This document shows positions 1 to 9,558 of a DNA stretch of 64,000 nt, piece after piece. Each line of letters opens with the position of its first letter. Position 1 is the first letter of the stretch. The notes below the pieces were generated by a model that had not been told where the DNA came from, did no database searches, and worked only from the letters and a program-made list of their open reading frames with translations. A program made the position numbers and the translations under genes. This DNA is from Candidatus Amesbacteria bacterium RIFCSPLOWO2_01_FULL_49_25 (GTDB taxonomy: Bacteria > Patescibacteriota > Microgenomatia > CAZETR01 > Amesbacteraceae): positions 5,073 to 69,072 of the forward strand of contig MEXP01000009.1 of NCBI GenBank assembly GCA_001773725.1, written 5' to 3'.

Positions 1-111
1 TGTGAGGGGTAAGAATCTCAGTCAGATTTTTGTTTAATTTGAAAAAATGTTTTACAAATGTGTTTTTATCAAGGTATTGAAGCGAGGATATAATTTTCTT
101 TTTAATCTGCT

Positions 112-1335
112 TCATTTAATCAGTTTACTGCCGATCAGAACCAGGGCCATATAATTGGGGAAAGATTTTACCCCGGGCTTTGCGGATCCGATGATATCAA
201 AAGAATAAGCATTTTGTACATAGTCGGAAAGTTGACCGTCTGTAAATAAGCCGACGTTGACCAGACAGGTAAGAGCCGGCAGGTTTATTTCGGATGTTTC
301 AAAAACCAGAGTATTGTCAGAAACTTGACCCGAAGACAGACTCTCGGACTCGACTCTAAAAAGAGCGTTTCCCAGAGTGTCAGAAAAAGCAATTTTGGCC
401 TGCAATGTGGAAAAAGGCTTGATCACTTGAAATCTCAGAGTAATGCGCAGCCGGTCAAATGATTTTATGAGATTGTTATTTTTTATGTCAGCAATGTTTA
501 AATAAACCAGGCGGATGGCGCCATTGCCGTCGCGATCCTTTCTTTGGGAGAGGGAGATTGAAGAAGAAGCTGAACTGGCTTTGAGATATGATTCTATTAC
601 CCGGGAAGGAGTATCGTCCATTTTGATTTCACCTTTTTCCATAAGAATGCATCTGTGACAAAGGTTTTTTATGGCGGTCATGTTGTGGGATACAAACAAT
701 ACGGTGCGACCTTTTTTGGACATTTCTCCCATTTTTCCCAGACTGCGTTTTTGAAACTCAGCATCCCCGACTGCTAAAACCTCGTCTACCAGTAATATTT
801 CCGGTTCCAAATGAGCGGCAACAGCAAAGGCCAAGCGGATGTACATGCCGCTGGAATAATGTTTCACGGGTGTATCCAGGAATTTTTCGATTCCGGAGAA
901 TTCGACTATTTGGGCAAATTTCCGCTTGACTTCCTTGTGGGATAAACCAAGAATATTTCCGCCTAAATAGATATTCTCTCTCCCGGTAAGTTCCATGTGG
1001 AATCCGGTGCCTACTTCCAACAAACTGCCGATACGGCCGCGAATGATAGCTGTGCCGGAGGTGGGAGGAGTAATGCGGCTTAAAACTTTGAGCAGTGTGC
1101 TTTTACCTGCTCCGTTGGCGCCGATAATACCTACAACTTCACTCGGAAATATTTTAAGCGATACGTCTTTTAAAGCCCAAAATTCGTCGCTGATTAACTT
1201 CCGGAATTTGACAAACGGATGCAAAATTTGGGATAGACTGTCTCGGAGAGTGTAATAATGCTGAACAGCTCCGAGGCGGTATTTTTTGGAAAGTTTTCGA
1301 ATTTCAATAATGGGTTGGGGCATATGGTTAGACAA
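112..1335 (-). CDS. Polysaccharide/teichoic-acid-type ABC exporter ATP-binding subunit (Wzt/TagH family) with ~150-aa C-terminal extra domain
   Basis: Translation shows Walker A GANGAGKST, ABC signature YSSGM, Walker B ILLVDEVLAVGD and H-loop VSHN; long C-terminal extension after the NBD as in Wzt; immediately downstream of an ABC-2 permease. Confidence 0.85.
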   Translation of the reverse strand: MSNHMPQPIIEIRKLSKKYRLGAVQHYYTLRDSLSQILHPFVKFRKLISDEFWALKDVSLKIFPSEVVGIIGANGAGKSTLLKVLSRITPPTSGTAIIRGRIGSLLEVGTGFHMELTGRENIYLGGNILGLSHKEVKRKFAQIVEFSGIEKFLDTPVKHYSSGMYIRLAFAVAAHLEPEILLVDEVLAVGDAEFQKRSLGKMGEMSKKGRTVLFVSHNMTAIKNLCHRCILMEKGEIKMDDTPSRVIESYLKASSASSSISLSQRKDRDGNGAIRLVYLNIADIKNNNLIKSFDRLRITLRFQVIKPFSTLQAKIAFSDTLGNALFRVESESLSSGQVSDNTLVFETSEINLPALTCLVNVGLFTDGQLSDYVQNAYSFDIIGSAKPGVKSFPNYMALVLIGSKLIK

Positions 1336-2152
1336 TGTCAGCGAAAAACCGTTCGGTTTTTTTGAAATACCAGAGGCCGAATATAAGGCACGCGACTATA
1401 GATATGAGGGAGATTGATATTAAATTGGTGTCGATAAGCGGGTTGTCGCTAAATACCTGGCGGACTGATTCTATTACCATGGTCATCGGGTTTATAGCCA
1501 TGATGGCTCGTTTTTGGAGACCAACTATACTTAAGGGATAAATTACCGGAGTGAGAAACATGATAACTTGGATAAAAAACGGCAGGATGTATCTGACATC
1601 CCGATATCTAATGTTGAAAGCCGACAGAAAAAGTCCAATACCGCAAGCAGAGAGGGCGGTGACTATAACCGCTATGGGGATGATGACCAAGGTCCAAATT
1701 GACGGATAGTAACCCAAGATAACTGCGTAAATCATGAGAATAGAAAAATTGATAAGAAAGTCTATAAAGCTGACCACGATGGCCGATAGCGGCAGAATGA
1801 CTTTGGGAAAATAGACTTTTTTGATGATGCTTTCGTTGCCTACCAGGCTATCACTGGCGTGAGACAAGGAAGTCGAGAAAAAACCCCAAAAAACCAGGCC
1901 GCAAAGCACAAAAAGTGAGTAGGGAAGATTACCAGAAGGTATTTTGGCCAAGTTTCCAAAAAAAACCGTGAATACGACCATACTGGAGACGGGTTGAAGA
2001 ATAGCCCAGGCTACGCCCAGAACAGTTTGCTTGTAACGGACTTTGATGTCCCGCCAGGCAAATGTTAGAAACAGTTCCCGGTAGCGCCAGATTTCGGACA
2101 GGTTCAGAGCCAAACTAGACTCCGGTTTGATAATGACTGTGTAATTTTTCAT
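1328..2152 (-). CDS. ABC-2 type polysaccharide exporter permease (Wzm/TagG family)
   Basis: 6-TM ABC-2 pattern with typical N-terminus 'LSEIWRYRELFLTFAWRDIKVRYKQTVLGVAWAILQP'; ORF-track N-terminal 80 aa is Arg/Cys-rich low-complexity, so start re-set to internal ATG at 2150-2152 which forms ATGA overlap with stop of upstream acetyltransferase. Confidence 0.8.
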   Translation of the reverse strand: MKNYTVIIKPESSLALNLSEIWRYRELFLTFAWRDIKVRYKQTVLGVAWAILQPVSSMVVFTVFFGNLAKIPSGNLPYSLFVLCGLVFWGFFSTSLSHASDSLVGNESIIKKVYFPKVILPLSAIVVSFIDFLINFSILMIYAVILGYYPSIWTLVIIPIAVIVTALSACGIGLFLSAFNIRYRDVRYILPFFIQVIMFLTPVIYPLSIVGLQKRAIMAINPMTMVIESVRQVFSDNPLIDTNLISISLISIVACLIFGLWYFKKTERFFADIV

Positions 2153-2778
2153 TTGGTTATCACGCGGGCCGGGTTTCCGGCTACAACTGCAGATGCAGGA
2201 ACATCGGAGGCGACTACACTTCTGGCGCCAACTACGGCGTTGTCCCCTATCGTCACTCCTTTGAGAATGATTGAGTGCATGCCGATAAAGACATTGCGGC
2301 CAATACTCACTGGTGAAACCGGCACATTTTGGGTCGAGTAGCGCCGATTGTGAGGATTTAATGGGTGAAAATCTGTGTCTATTATGACGCAATCGGCTCC
2401 AATCAACGTATTGCTACCTATTTCGATTCTTTGGGAGGCGACGATGGATCCCCCGCTGACGCCCACATTGTCACCGATAATTAACTGGGCTTCGGGGCGC
2501 CAGGTGCAAAAAATGGTAGGCCGGGAAACCCCTAACGGGTTGGACCAATGTAAGTTCCGGTTTTCAAAATTGTTTCCGATTTCTATAGAACTACTGCGAG
2601 CACGGAGAAACACCGGGGAACCGTAGAATTTAGGATTGGATCCAATTCGGACACGAATCAATGCCATAGTAAACCGGGTCCATATTGTCGATACAACGGA
2701 CGTGAGTTCTAAAACTGCTTTCCAGGGATAGTTATAGAGTTGGTCCTTTGGGTTCATAAAAATATAAATACCTGCCAA
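2149..2778 (-). CDS. Hexapeptide-repeat (left-handed beta-helix) acetyltransferase, sugar O-acetyltransferase-like
   Basis: Tandem hexapeptide repeats IGDNVGVSGGSIV / IGSNTLIGADCVI / IGRNVFIGMHSII / IGDNAVVGARSVV then AGNPARVI; true start may be internal MNPKDQ (2757). Confidence 0.75.
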   Translation of the reverse strand: MAGIYIFMNPKDQLYNYPWKAVLELTSVVSTIWTRFTMALIRVRIGSNPKFYGSPVFLRARSSSIEIGNNFENRNLHWSNPLGVSRPTIFCTWRPEAQLIIGDNVGVSGGSIVASQRIEIGSNTLIGADCVIIDTDFHPLNPHNRRYSTQNVPVSPVSIGRNVFIGMHSIILKGVTIGDNAVVGARSVVASDVPASAVVAGNPARVITK

Positions 2779-4477
2779 GGGGTTTGGCTTGGCATACGAG
2801 ACGGGTCTCTAAATCGGAGCCCGAGTCACAAGTCCGGTGGCTGGCGAACCACACTGGCTGATCGGCGGTGGCCAATTGACCCGGTTTGGGAAAGATGTAG
2901 CGACAATTGACGACCAGGACGCTCATTGGTTGTTCATCTCGGGTGTATAAAATCCCTTCATCGAGAATGTAAAGATCTTTTTCCCCGGATGTACCGCACC
3001 AGGCAATTATATCGCCATTTTGCTTGTGGCGGTCTTTTAACCAGTGGTAAATGTTGGTTTTGCCGATGGCATAGTAGACTTCCTGCGGAGAAAGATAGTT
3101 CCAAGGGGAGTAAGTGGTTTTGAGAGTGGTGAAGACCAAGAAGACGGCGAGGGCAATAATCGGTAATAAATACAACTTATACCGGACGGCCGGAAGGACC
3201 AGAATAATTATTAAGAGAGTCTGCAAGTGCAGGAAATAACGATCAAAAAAACCGGAGAAGTTTCTGGTAAGAAATAGCTCGATAAAGGCGCCGATTAAAA
3301 GGAATATGACGGTTTTATGAAGTTTTAATAAGAGGAGAGCGACAATGAAGAGAGCAACTACAACCGGATGGCCGTAGGTGAGGCTGGAAATAATCTTGAA
3401 GGAATTGGCGAATTTTATGGGAATTGTCCAGCTGCCAGTATAAACTCCTGAAATGTCATAACACTGGGCGAATTTGCAACCGAACAGGAAGGGGTAAATC
3501 GGATTACCGGTGTAGAGGAGATTTTTTACATACCAATAACCACCAAAGATTAATAAAAGCATCAAAAATTTTGCCAGATTGCGGATATGAAGGTATTTTT
3601 TTCCCTGATACAGGTACCAAGCGCTAAAAATGGTGGTGTAGGCAGTTAACCCCAAAAGGGCGGTATATTTGCCGCCGATACTTAAGCCCCAAAAAATTGA
3701 TCCAGCTAAAAACGAGGCGGGGTTGGCAAATATCATGACGTCGAGAAGGGTAATCACAGCCAGGGTAATAAGAATGGCCATGGAATAGTCGATATAACCT
3801 GATGTGGCGATGATAAGAAGATTTTGGTTTATAAACAGGTACATAAGAGCAAAGAGGGCAGATACGGTAAAACCGAAACGCAATTTGAGCCAGGCGTAAA
3901 TTGCCGTCACTCCGCTATAAAAAAGCAGGAAATGCAGAAGACGCGAGGGTGCATAGGTTTTGGTAAGGGCAAAGGGGAGAACCATCATGGTGTCGATTAA
4001 TTTGGGCAGGTTTTGGTAATAACCGGTGCCAAAATTCCAAACCAACTCGTGTTTGACATCATACGGAGACCAGAAATGATAGGCCATCTCATCGGTCAGA
4101 TATGGGGGAAGCGAGCTTTTGACAAACAAGGCTGGTGACAAAATGAAGAAAATAATTAGCGGGAGGCGATGGGATTTGGCAAATATCCACAATTCCTTCC
4201 ATCGCCGAAAATGAAGGTACGGGGGCAGAGCGATGTAGAGTAGAGGGAGCGTTGAAAACAAAATATAGTCTGCTCTAAACGGAATGAAGAAATGCAAGCC
4301 GAACCAAACGGCCACAAACAATCCCATGCCGTAAAGCCAAACTGCAGGGCGGAGAAAAGCTGGTGATTTGATATAGCGAGAGTCAAACCAAGTTCCTATT
4401 GCATCAAAGAAAAACAAGGTGGCGACCACAAAAAGGACTAAGGCTATGTTTAGGGGATGAAAATATTGGGAGAGCAT
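2732..4477 (-). CDS. Polytopic membrane protein, putative GT-C-fold glycosyltransferase (family C: 'SSLPPYLTDEMAYHFWSPY' loop, Cys-containing C-terminal soluble domain)
   Basis: ~11-13 predicted TM segments, conserved DE-containing first loop, GNPIYPFLFGC motif; paralog of 4506-6296 and 6951-8888. Confidence 0.55.
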   Translation of the reverse strand: MLSQYFHPLNIALVLFVVATLFFFDAIGTWFDSRYIKSPAFLRPAVWLYGMGLFVAVWFGLHFFIPFRADYILFSTLPLLYIALPPYLHFRRWKELWIFAKSHRLPLIIFFILSPALFVKSSLPPYLTDEMAYHFWSPYDVKHELVWNFGTGYYQNLPKLIDTMMVLPFALTKTYAPSRLLHFLLFYSGVTAIYAWLKLRFGFTVSALFALMYLFINQNLLIIATSGYIDYSMAILITLAVITLLDVMIFANPASFLAGSIFWGLSIGGKYTALLGLTAYTTIFSAWYLYQGKKYLHIRNLAKFLMLLLIFGGYWYVKNLLYTGNPIYPFLFGCKFAQCYDISGVYTGSWTIPIKFANSFKIISSLTYGHPVVVALFIVALLLLKLHKTVIFLLIGAFIELFLTRNFSGFFDRYFLHLQTLLIIILVLPAVRYKLYLLPIIALAVFLVFTTLKTTYSPWNYLSPQEVYYAIGKTNIYHWLKDRHKQNGDIIAWCGTSGEKDLYILDEGILYTRDEQPMSVLVVNCRYIFPKPGQLATADQPVWFASHRTCDSGSDLETRLVCQAKPLGRYLYFYEPKGPTL

Positions 4478-4505
4478 GACTTGCTACCTGGATAACAAAC
4501 CTATG

Positions 4506-6296
4506 TTAATTTTGAGCTTTGTAGACATACAGGCCAGGAACTACCGGTTGGGATTTGCAAACCAAATCGTTATTTTGGCGACGTAGGGACAAAATCTGTT
4601 CGTCTTCGAGTGAATGCTTTGAAGTGACTTCAGGAAGGCAGGGTGAAAGAGAGACCAAATAAGACTGACCGGTTTCGGCCAGGCCAGTAAACGAACAGTT
4701 GACAAGGAATATATCAAACCGCCCTTGGGAGTCAAACCAAATTAAGTCCGGATCCATATTTACCAAATATTGAGTTTGGGATTGGTTATTGCACCACTCA
4801 ACTATTTGATGCGTGAGAGGCAGGACTGCGGCAATCCAGCTGGCTACTGTTGACTGCCCCTGTGAAAATTGAATTTCTCTTTGGGAGTCGGGGTTAGTAA
4901 AATAAGCAAGAGTGTTTTTTGAGAAACGAAACAGCTGGAGACTAAGAATAAGCAGCAATGGAATGGTGAAGATTTTCCTGACAGGAAATAAAGACCCCAT
5001 AAGCAGTCCGAAAATAGTCGTTCCCAAAAATAACCAGTGGTAGTAATAACGGGGAATGAAAATGAAAATCCGACTGGAAACCAAGAAGTCTGCTAGCAGG
5101 ATTAGAGCCAGAACAAGAGCGAATCGAGTTTGGGAATGATGTCGGCCGCGCCAAAGTAAAATGATGCCCATAGTTGAAACAGAAATGAGTACAGCCAGAC
5201 GACGAAGGGAAAGCTGATGCCTCAGTGAAATCCAAAGAGAAGAAAAGGTCTCGCCGGTGCCCGCCCAGGCGGCTTTAAAACCTGTGAGAAAGTTTTGACA
5301 TTCCTGATTACTGCAGCCAAATAGAAAGAAAGGGTAAATCGGAGTTTGGTAGACAACTAAATTTTTTATATACCAATAACCTCCCATCAAGACAAGTAGA
5401 GTAAGGCCAAAAAAAAGGGACTTAAATAGCGTCTTGGATTTGGTTATCATAAGAGCAGTTAAGATGATCCCGAAAAAAATTGCGGTAGGGAGAAGGGCAT
5501 TGTATTTGGAACCTAGTGCCAATCCCCACAGAGCAAGGGAGATTGGAAGTAATGTGTGATCCTTTAAAATTGAGTAGATTCCAACCACGCTAGCCAGAGT
5601 AATAAAGGAGGCCGCCGCTACGTCCACATATCCCAGGGTAGCCTCGACCGGGATGGATAGTACATTGAGCAGGGAAATGGCAGTCAAGGCGATGGCTTTT
5701 GATGACCTAAGTGACAAAAGAGAATAAAGGCAAAGCTGGAAAGAGATAAAGATCAGGCTGTGGATAAGACGGGCGGGCATGTACGTTTTAAAAACCGCAA
5801 ACAACCCTATCCACGCTGTTTCTAATGTTCTGGGAAGATTGCCATAAAGCCCGCCAAAGACCCAATGTTGTTCATGATTTAAAACGTAAGGTGAAATATA
5901 ATGATAGGTCATTTCATCCCAGGCGTAAGGAGGAAGGGATGATTTGACAAAAATCAGAGGAGCCAATGGCAATATGATTAATAGAAATAGTTTGTGATTG
6001 TGAAAAAAGTTCAGGAAAGATGATATGCCTGATGATCTCAGGTAGATAGGAAGGAAGAGAAGTGCGATTAAAAAATTCCCAATTGGAATTAAAACTGATG
6101 TGAAGGGGTAAAAAAAATGGATGGAAAAGATGAGAAGGGAATAAATACCCAGCCCTAATAACCAGGTGACGGGTCTTATAAATGGGTGATTCTTGACCGA
6201 TGAAGAAAATAGCCCAAAGCCAATAATGTCCCAACTGACAAGGTATAAAGCAAGCAGAAGGTATTGATTGGGAGTAAGGATGGCAAAATAGTTCAT
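4506..6296 (-). CDS. Polytopic membrane protein, family C paralog (putative GT-C glycosyltransferase)
   Basis: 'SSLPPYAWDEMTYHYISPY', 'TPIYPFFLFGC', C-terminal Cys-containing domain; start moved to MNYFAIL (6296) giving ATGA overlap with the methyltransferase stop. Confidence 0.55.
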   Translation of the reverse strand: MNYFAILTPNQYLLLALYLVSWDIIGFGLFSSSVKNHPFIRPVTWLLGLGIYSLLIFSIHFFYPFTSVLIPIGNFLIALLFLPIYLRSSGISSFLNFFHNHKLFLLIILPLAPLIFVKSSLPPYAWDEMTYHYISPYVLNHEQHWVFGGLYGNLPRTLETAWIGLFAVFKTYMPARLIHSLIFISFQLCLYSLLSLRSSKAIALTAISLLNVLSIPVEATLGYVDVAAASFITLASVVGIYSILKDHTLLPISLALWGLALGSKYNALLPTAIFFGIILTALMITKSKTLFKSLFFGLTLLVLMGGYWYIKNLVVYQTPIYPFFLFGCSNQECQNFLTGFKAAWAGTGETFSSLWISLRHQLSLRRLAVLISVSTMGIILLWRGRHHSQTRFALVLALILLADFLVSSRIFIFIPRYYYHWLFLGTTIFGLLMGSLFPVRKIFTIPLLLILSLQLFRFSKNTLAYFTNPDSQREIQFSQGQSTVASWIAAVLPLTHQIVEWCNNQSQTQYLVNMDPDLIWFDSQGRFDIFLVNCSFTGLAETGQSYLVSLSPCLPEVTSKHSLEDEQILSLRRQNNDLVCKSQPVVPGLYVYKAQN

Positions 6297-7048
6297 TTCC
6301 TGCCGACAACGATAACAGATTGGCCGAAGGGTAAGGTGAACAACTCCTCGAGTCTGGACCACCAGGGAACAATTAATTGGTCGTATAGCGAGATTTGGGC
6401 TTTAACGAGACTATCGGACGGGGTTCTACCGAGAAATTTATTTAACCACCAGCCAAAAAACCCGGGGAGATTAAAATAAGAGGAGGAGACTATTTGTAAG
6501 CCGGCGGTAATAAGTTTTTGCTCCAGACCGGATTTGGAATAGCGACGGAAATGTCCGATTGACCTGTCCCAATTGCCCATTAGAAAATTGAAGGCGGGAA
6601 CAAAGACTATCAGTTTGCCGCCGGGTTTGAGAATTTTGGCAAGCTGGACAATTGCTTGGGAATCTTTTTGGATGTGTTCCAGAGTATTAATGGTCACGAT
6701 AGTGTTTACTCGGGGCAATTTGTGCAGGGCGGTGGGTGAAGATATATCCGCATTTACGACGAGGATATTTTTATGAGTGGCATATTTGCGGCGGAGGTAA
6801 GAAATGTATCGCCTATCATTATCACAGAGAACCAAATGACGGGATCCCGATTCAAGAAGAACGTCGGCAATCGTGCCCAGTCCGGATCCAGCTTCCATAA
6901 CCACTCCCGAAACGTGCGACTTAATGTGCCGCCAAATCCAATGGTTGTAGTTATCTGCTTTTTGGGTTGCTACCAAACCCGCTGTCAGGGGAGAAGTAGT
7001 TAAATTCATAAAGATAAGGGGGAGGCAGGGGGCGTGATTTACAGACAA
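6293..7048 (-). CDS. Class I SAM-dependent methyltransferase
   Basis: Motif I VMEAGSGLGTIADVLL, acidic motif II LVLCDND, motif post-II/III region LKPGGKLIVFV; start could be internal (MNLTT, 7009). Confidence 0.75.
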   Translation of the reverse strand: MSVNHAPCLPLIFMNLTTSPLTAGLVATQKADNYNHWIWRHIKSHVSGVVMEAGSGLGTIADVLLESGSRHLVLCDNDRRYISYLRRKYATHKNILVVNADISSPTALHKLPRVNTIVTINTLEHIQKDSQAIVQLAKILKPGGKLIVFVPAFNFLMGNWDRSIGHFRRYSKSGLEQKLITAGLQIVSSSYFNLPGFFGWWLNKFLGRTPSDSLVKAQISLYDQLIVPWWSRLEELFTLPFGQSVIVVGRK

Positions 7049-8888
7049 TAATATTGTTGATTCGTCTTAAGTGCAACTCGAGTTCCTCTTCGCGAGGATC
7101 CTTGAAGAGAACTTCTGACTCCGGGAGACAAGGATTGAGGCTAATTAACCTGAAATTGGCCCGAGACTTTACTAATGTAGGAATAACATCGGGTAAGGGG
7201 ATGTTGTCTGAAAAGTAATCGGAGCGCGGGTGGATTTGGCAATTGGTCATAAAGATGGCAGCTTTACCATCGTCTTGATACCAAATGACGTCGGGATCAA
7301 TTTTTACAAGTGGAAGGGATGAGCTGGCAGAATTTTTTTCGCACCACTGAATAATCGGCCACATCCGGTCAAATTTGCTTTGGATCCAGTCGTAGACACT
7401 GGCTTTTCCGAGGGCATAGTTTATTTCTTCCCGAGGGAGGACGTCTTGTCGGTAAGTCAATAACAAATGGTAGCGCATGCTGGAAACGAGAATAATGACA
7501 AGTGAGATGAGAAAACCTCCAGAGATTATCCGCCAGCCAGTCCATTTATAGGTGTTGGCCAGCTGAATGCTAATAAAGAGGAACAAGAGAAGTTGGAGAT
7601 GTTGATGGTAACGAATCATGAAACCGGAAAATCGTTTGAGCAATAGCAACTCAATTAAAAATGAAGCTACTAAAAAATTGGAGACCAACCTCGTTCTAGG
7701 ATTGTTATTGGCAAGCATAAGAATTAGTGCTACAGCCAAAATTAAGGACCAGCGGTTGAGTCCCACAAATAACTGAGAAAAAATTTCAGGAAAATTAGCC
7801 CAGGAAACTTGGGTTGTCCAGCTGCCAAAGAATTCCGATTTCACTTGGCACTGATCCTCAAACCTATAACAAGGAAAGAAAAAGGGGTATGTGGGGTTAC
7901 CTGTGTAAATCAAGTTCTTGAGATACCAATATCCACCAAAAACAAGGGCTATAATTAGCAAAAGCGGTGTTTTTTTTAGATACTTTAACGGTTGATAACC
8001 TGACCAATGACGAAGGAAAATAAGTGTTAGAGTAAGCGCAGCGGCCGCCGAGGCCGTGATGGCTGAATATTTGGTGCCAATTGCTAAACTCCAGAAAAGA
8101 GAGGACAGGAGTAGGTTGTCGAAATTGTGAGAAATTAATTGACGAAAGATAAACAGCACGGCTATGGTGATAAACGAGTAAGTTGGGACGTCAACCATCC
8201 CAAGTGTCGAGGTGAGGACTATCTGGTGGGGAACGCTTAAAAAAAGAAAGGGGAAGAAAAAAGCGGTATGAAGATTGAAATTACGTTTGAGAACCAGGAA
8301 GCCGAAGGATAAAGCAGTCAAAAGGACAGTAAAGTTGGTCAAGCGAGCAAACGAGTAGGTTCTAAAAAGTGAAAAGGATAGTGTGTAATAGGTTTCCATT
8401 AAACGGGGGAGGTTTTCATAAATTCCCGAACCAAAACTCCATCGGGATAGAGATTGCAGTTGGGCGGGAGAAATAAAATGGTAAACCATTTCGTCACCGT
8501 AATAAGGAGGAAGAGAAGCTTTGACAAAAACGGCGGGTAAGAAGGGGGCTATCAAAATGACGGGAATCAGTAACTGCTTTAGCAAATTTAAAATCTGCTT
8601 GGGCTGATTTGAGCTGAAATAACGAGGTAGGATGAAAGGCAAAATACCTAATGAGATTACTAAGATCTGAAATCGCTGGGGCGGGATAAAAAATCCCAAC
8701 ACGAACCACCAAAAAACATAAACTCCGAGTCCAATTAACCAATTAACTACCCTACCCTCATTCGGAAGTTTCTCGGGAAAAACCCTATTCCTAACTGAGG
8801 TGCCCAGACAGTCGAGATAAATAACAATTAAGACAAAGATGAAAATTGATACGGGAGAGAGGGGAAAATAATACTCAGAAAGCAACAT
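6951..8888 (-). CDS. Polytopic membrane protein, family C paralog (putative GT-C glycosyltransferase)
   Basis: 'ASLPPYYGDEMVYHFISPA', 'GNPTYPFFFPC', C-terminal domain with WC..NC..PC..VCKS cysteine pattern shared with the two paralogs. Confidence 0.55.
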   Translation of the reverse strand: MLLSEYYFPLSPVSIFIFVLIVIYLDCLGTSVRNRVFPEKLPNEGRVVNWLIGLGVYVFWWFVLGFFIPPQRFQILVISLGILPFILPRYFSSNQPKQILNLLKQLLIPVILIAPFLPAVFVKASLPPYYGDEMVYHFISPAQLQSLSRWSFGSGIYENLPRLMETYYTLSFSLFRTYSFARLTNFTVLLTALSFGFLVLKRNFNLHTAFFFPFLFLSVPHQIVLTSTLGMVDVPTYSFITIAVLFIFRQLISHNFDNLLLSSLFWSLAIGTKYSAITASAAAALTLTLIFLRHWSGYQPLKYLKKTPLLLIIALVFGGYWYLKNLIYTGNPTYPFFFPCYRFEDQCQVKSEFFGSWTTQVSWANFPEIFSQLFVGLNRWSLILAVALILMLANNNPRTRLVSNFLVASFLIELLLLKRFSGFMIRYHQHLQLLLFLFISIQLANTYKWTGWRIISGGFLISLVIILVSSMRYHLLLTYRQDVLPREEINYALGKASVYDWIQSKFDRMWPIIQWCEKNSASSSLPLVKIDPDVIWYQDDGKAAIFMTNCQIHPRSDYFSDNIPLPDVIPTLVKSRANFRLISLNPCLPESEVLFKDPREEELELHLRRINNIIVCKSRPLPPPYLYEFNYFSPDSGFGSNPKSR

Positions 8889-9558
8889 CGCTTATTAAGA
8901 GATGGGTAGGTAACAATCCAAAGATCTTGTAAATTTTAACGAATACGGGCCGGGTAAGTTTCATTTTGTGAATGTCTGTAACAGAGAGCGGGTTAAAATG
9001 GGCTTCTATTCCCCAAAACTGACGGTCTGTTGAGCGACAAATTAGCCGGAACCATGACAAGGGTAGCCAGTGGATAAAGAAAAATGATGTGTGAGGCTCG
9101 TAAATGCAGTAGCGATATGGGGTGGTAACAAAGATGTGTTTACCGACGCGAAGAAGTTCGTTGAGTAATTTTTCCTGCAAGGAATAGCCTCCCACGTGTT
9201 CGAGCGTGGCCCAGGACGTCGCGATCTCAAATTTAAATTTGGGAAACGGGAGGCGTGAGTGGGGAATAATTTTAACGATTTTTATTTCAGGGTATCTTTT
9301 TTTGAGACTCGAGCAATCTTCCACAGAAGCGGCCGTCAACCGGTGAGGATACGGGTAATGCCGCTCAAAAAAGTTCGTGTCGGGCAATTTTTCTAATGGT
9401 GAGAGGCCGACATCCAAAATTAAGTCTCGATTGGAAGGGTGGAATAGGCGAAGCATTACTCCTAACTGGTGAATTCTGACTTTGAGCGATAAGCGGCTGA
9501 GGAGTGATTTCTCAGGAGTAATGCGATTGTTGATGTTGATTGACCAATTAATAGACAT
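8875..9558 (-). CDS. Probable SAM-dependent methyltransferase (Methyltransf_11/23-like)
   Basis: 'LILDVGLSP' glycine-poor motif I variant and 'ATSWATLEHVGG...LLNELLRVGKHIFVTTP' resembling class I MTase core; weaker than the other MTases. Confidence 0.45.
   Translation of the reverse strand: MSINWSININNRITPEKSLLSRLSLKVRIHQLGVMLRLFHPSNRDLILDVGLSPLEKLPDTNFFERHYPYPHRLTAASVEDCSSLKKRYPEIKIVKIIPHSRLPFPKFKFEIATSWATLEHVGGYSLQEKLLNELLRVGKHIFVTTPYRYCIYEPHTSFFFIHWLPLSWFRLICRSTDRQFWGIEAHFNPLSVTDIHKMKLTRPVFVKIYKIFGLLPTHLLISDVAF

Noticed and set aside
995-1255. Plus-strand 86-aa ORF antisense to the Wzt ATPase gene
   Set aside because: It is embedded in the opposite strand of a gene with unambiguous ABC motifs. 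Composition is Pro/Arg-rich and typical of antisense frames. No start or RBS context.
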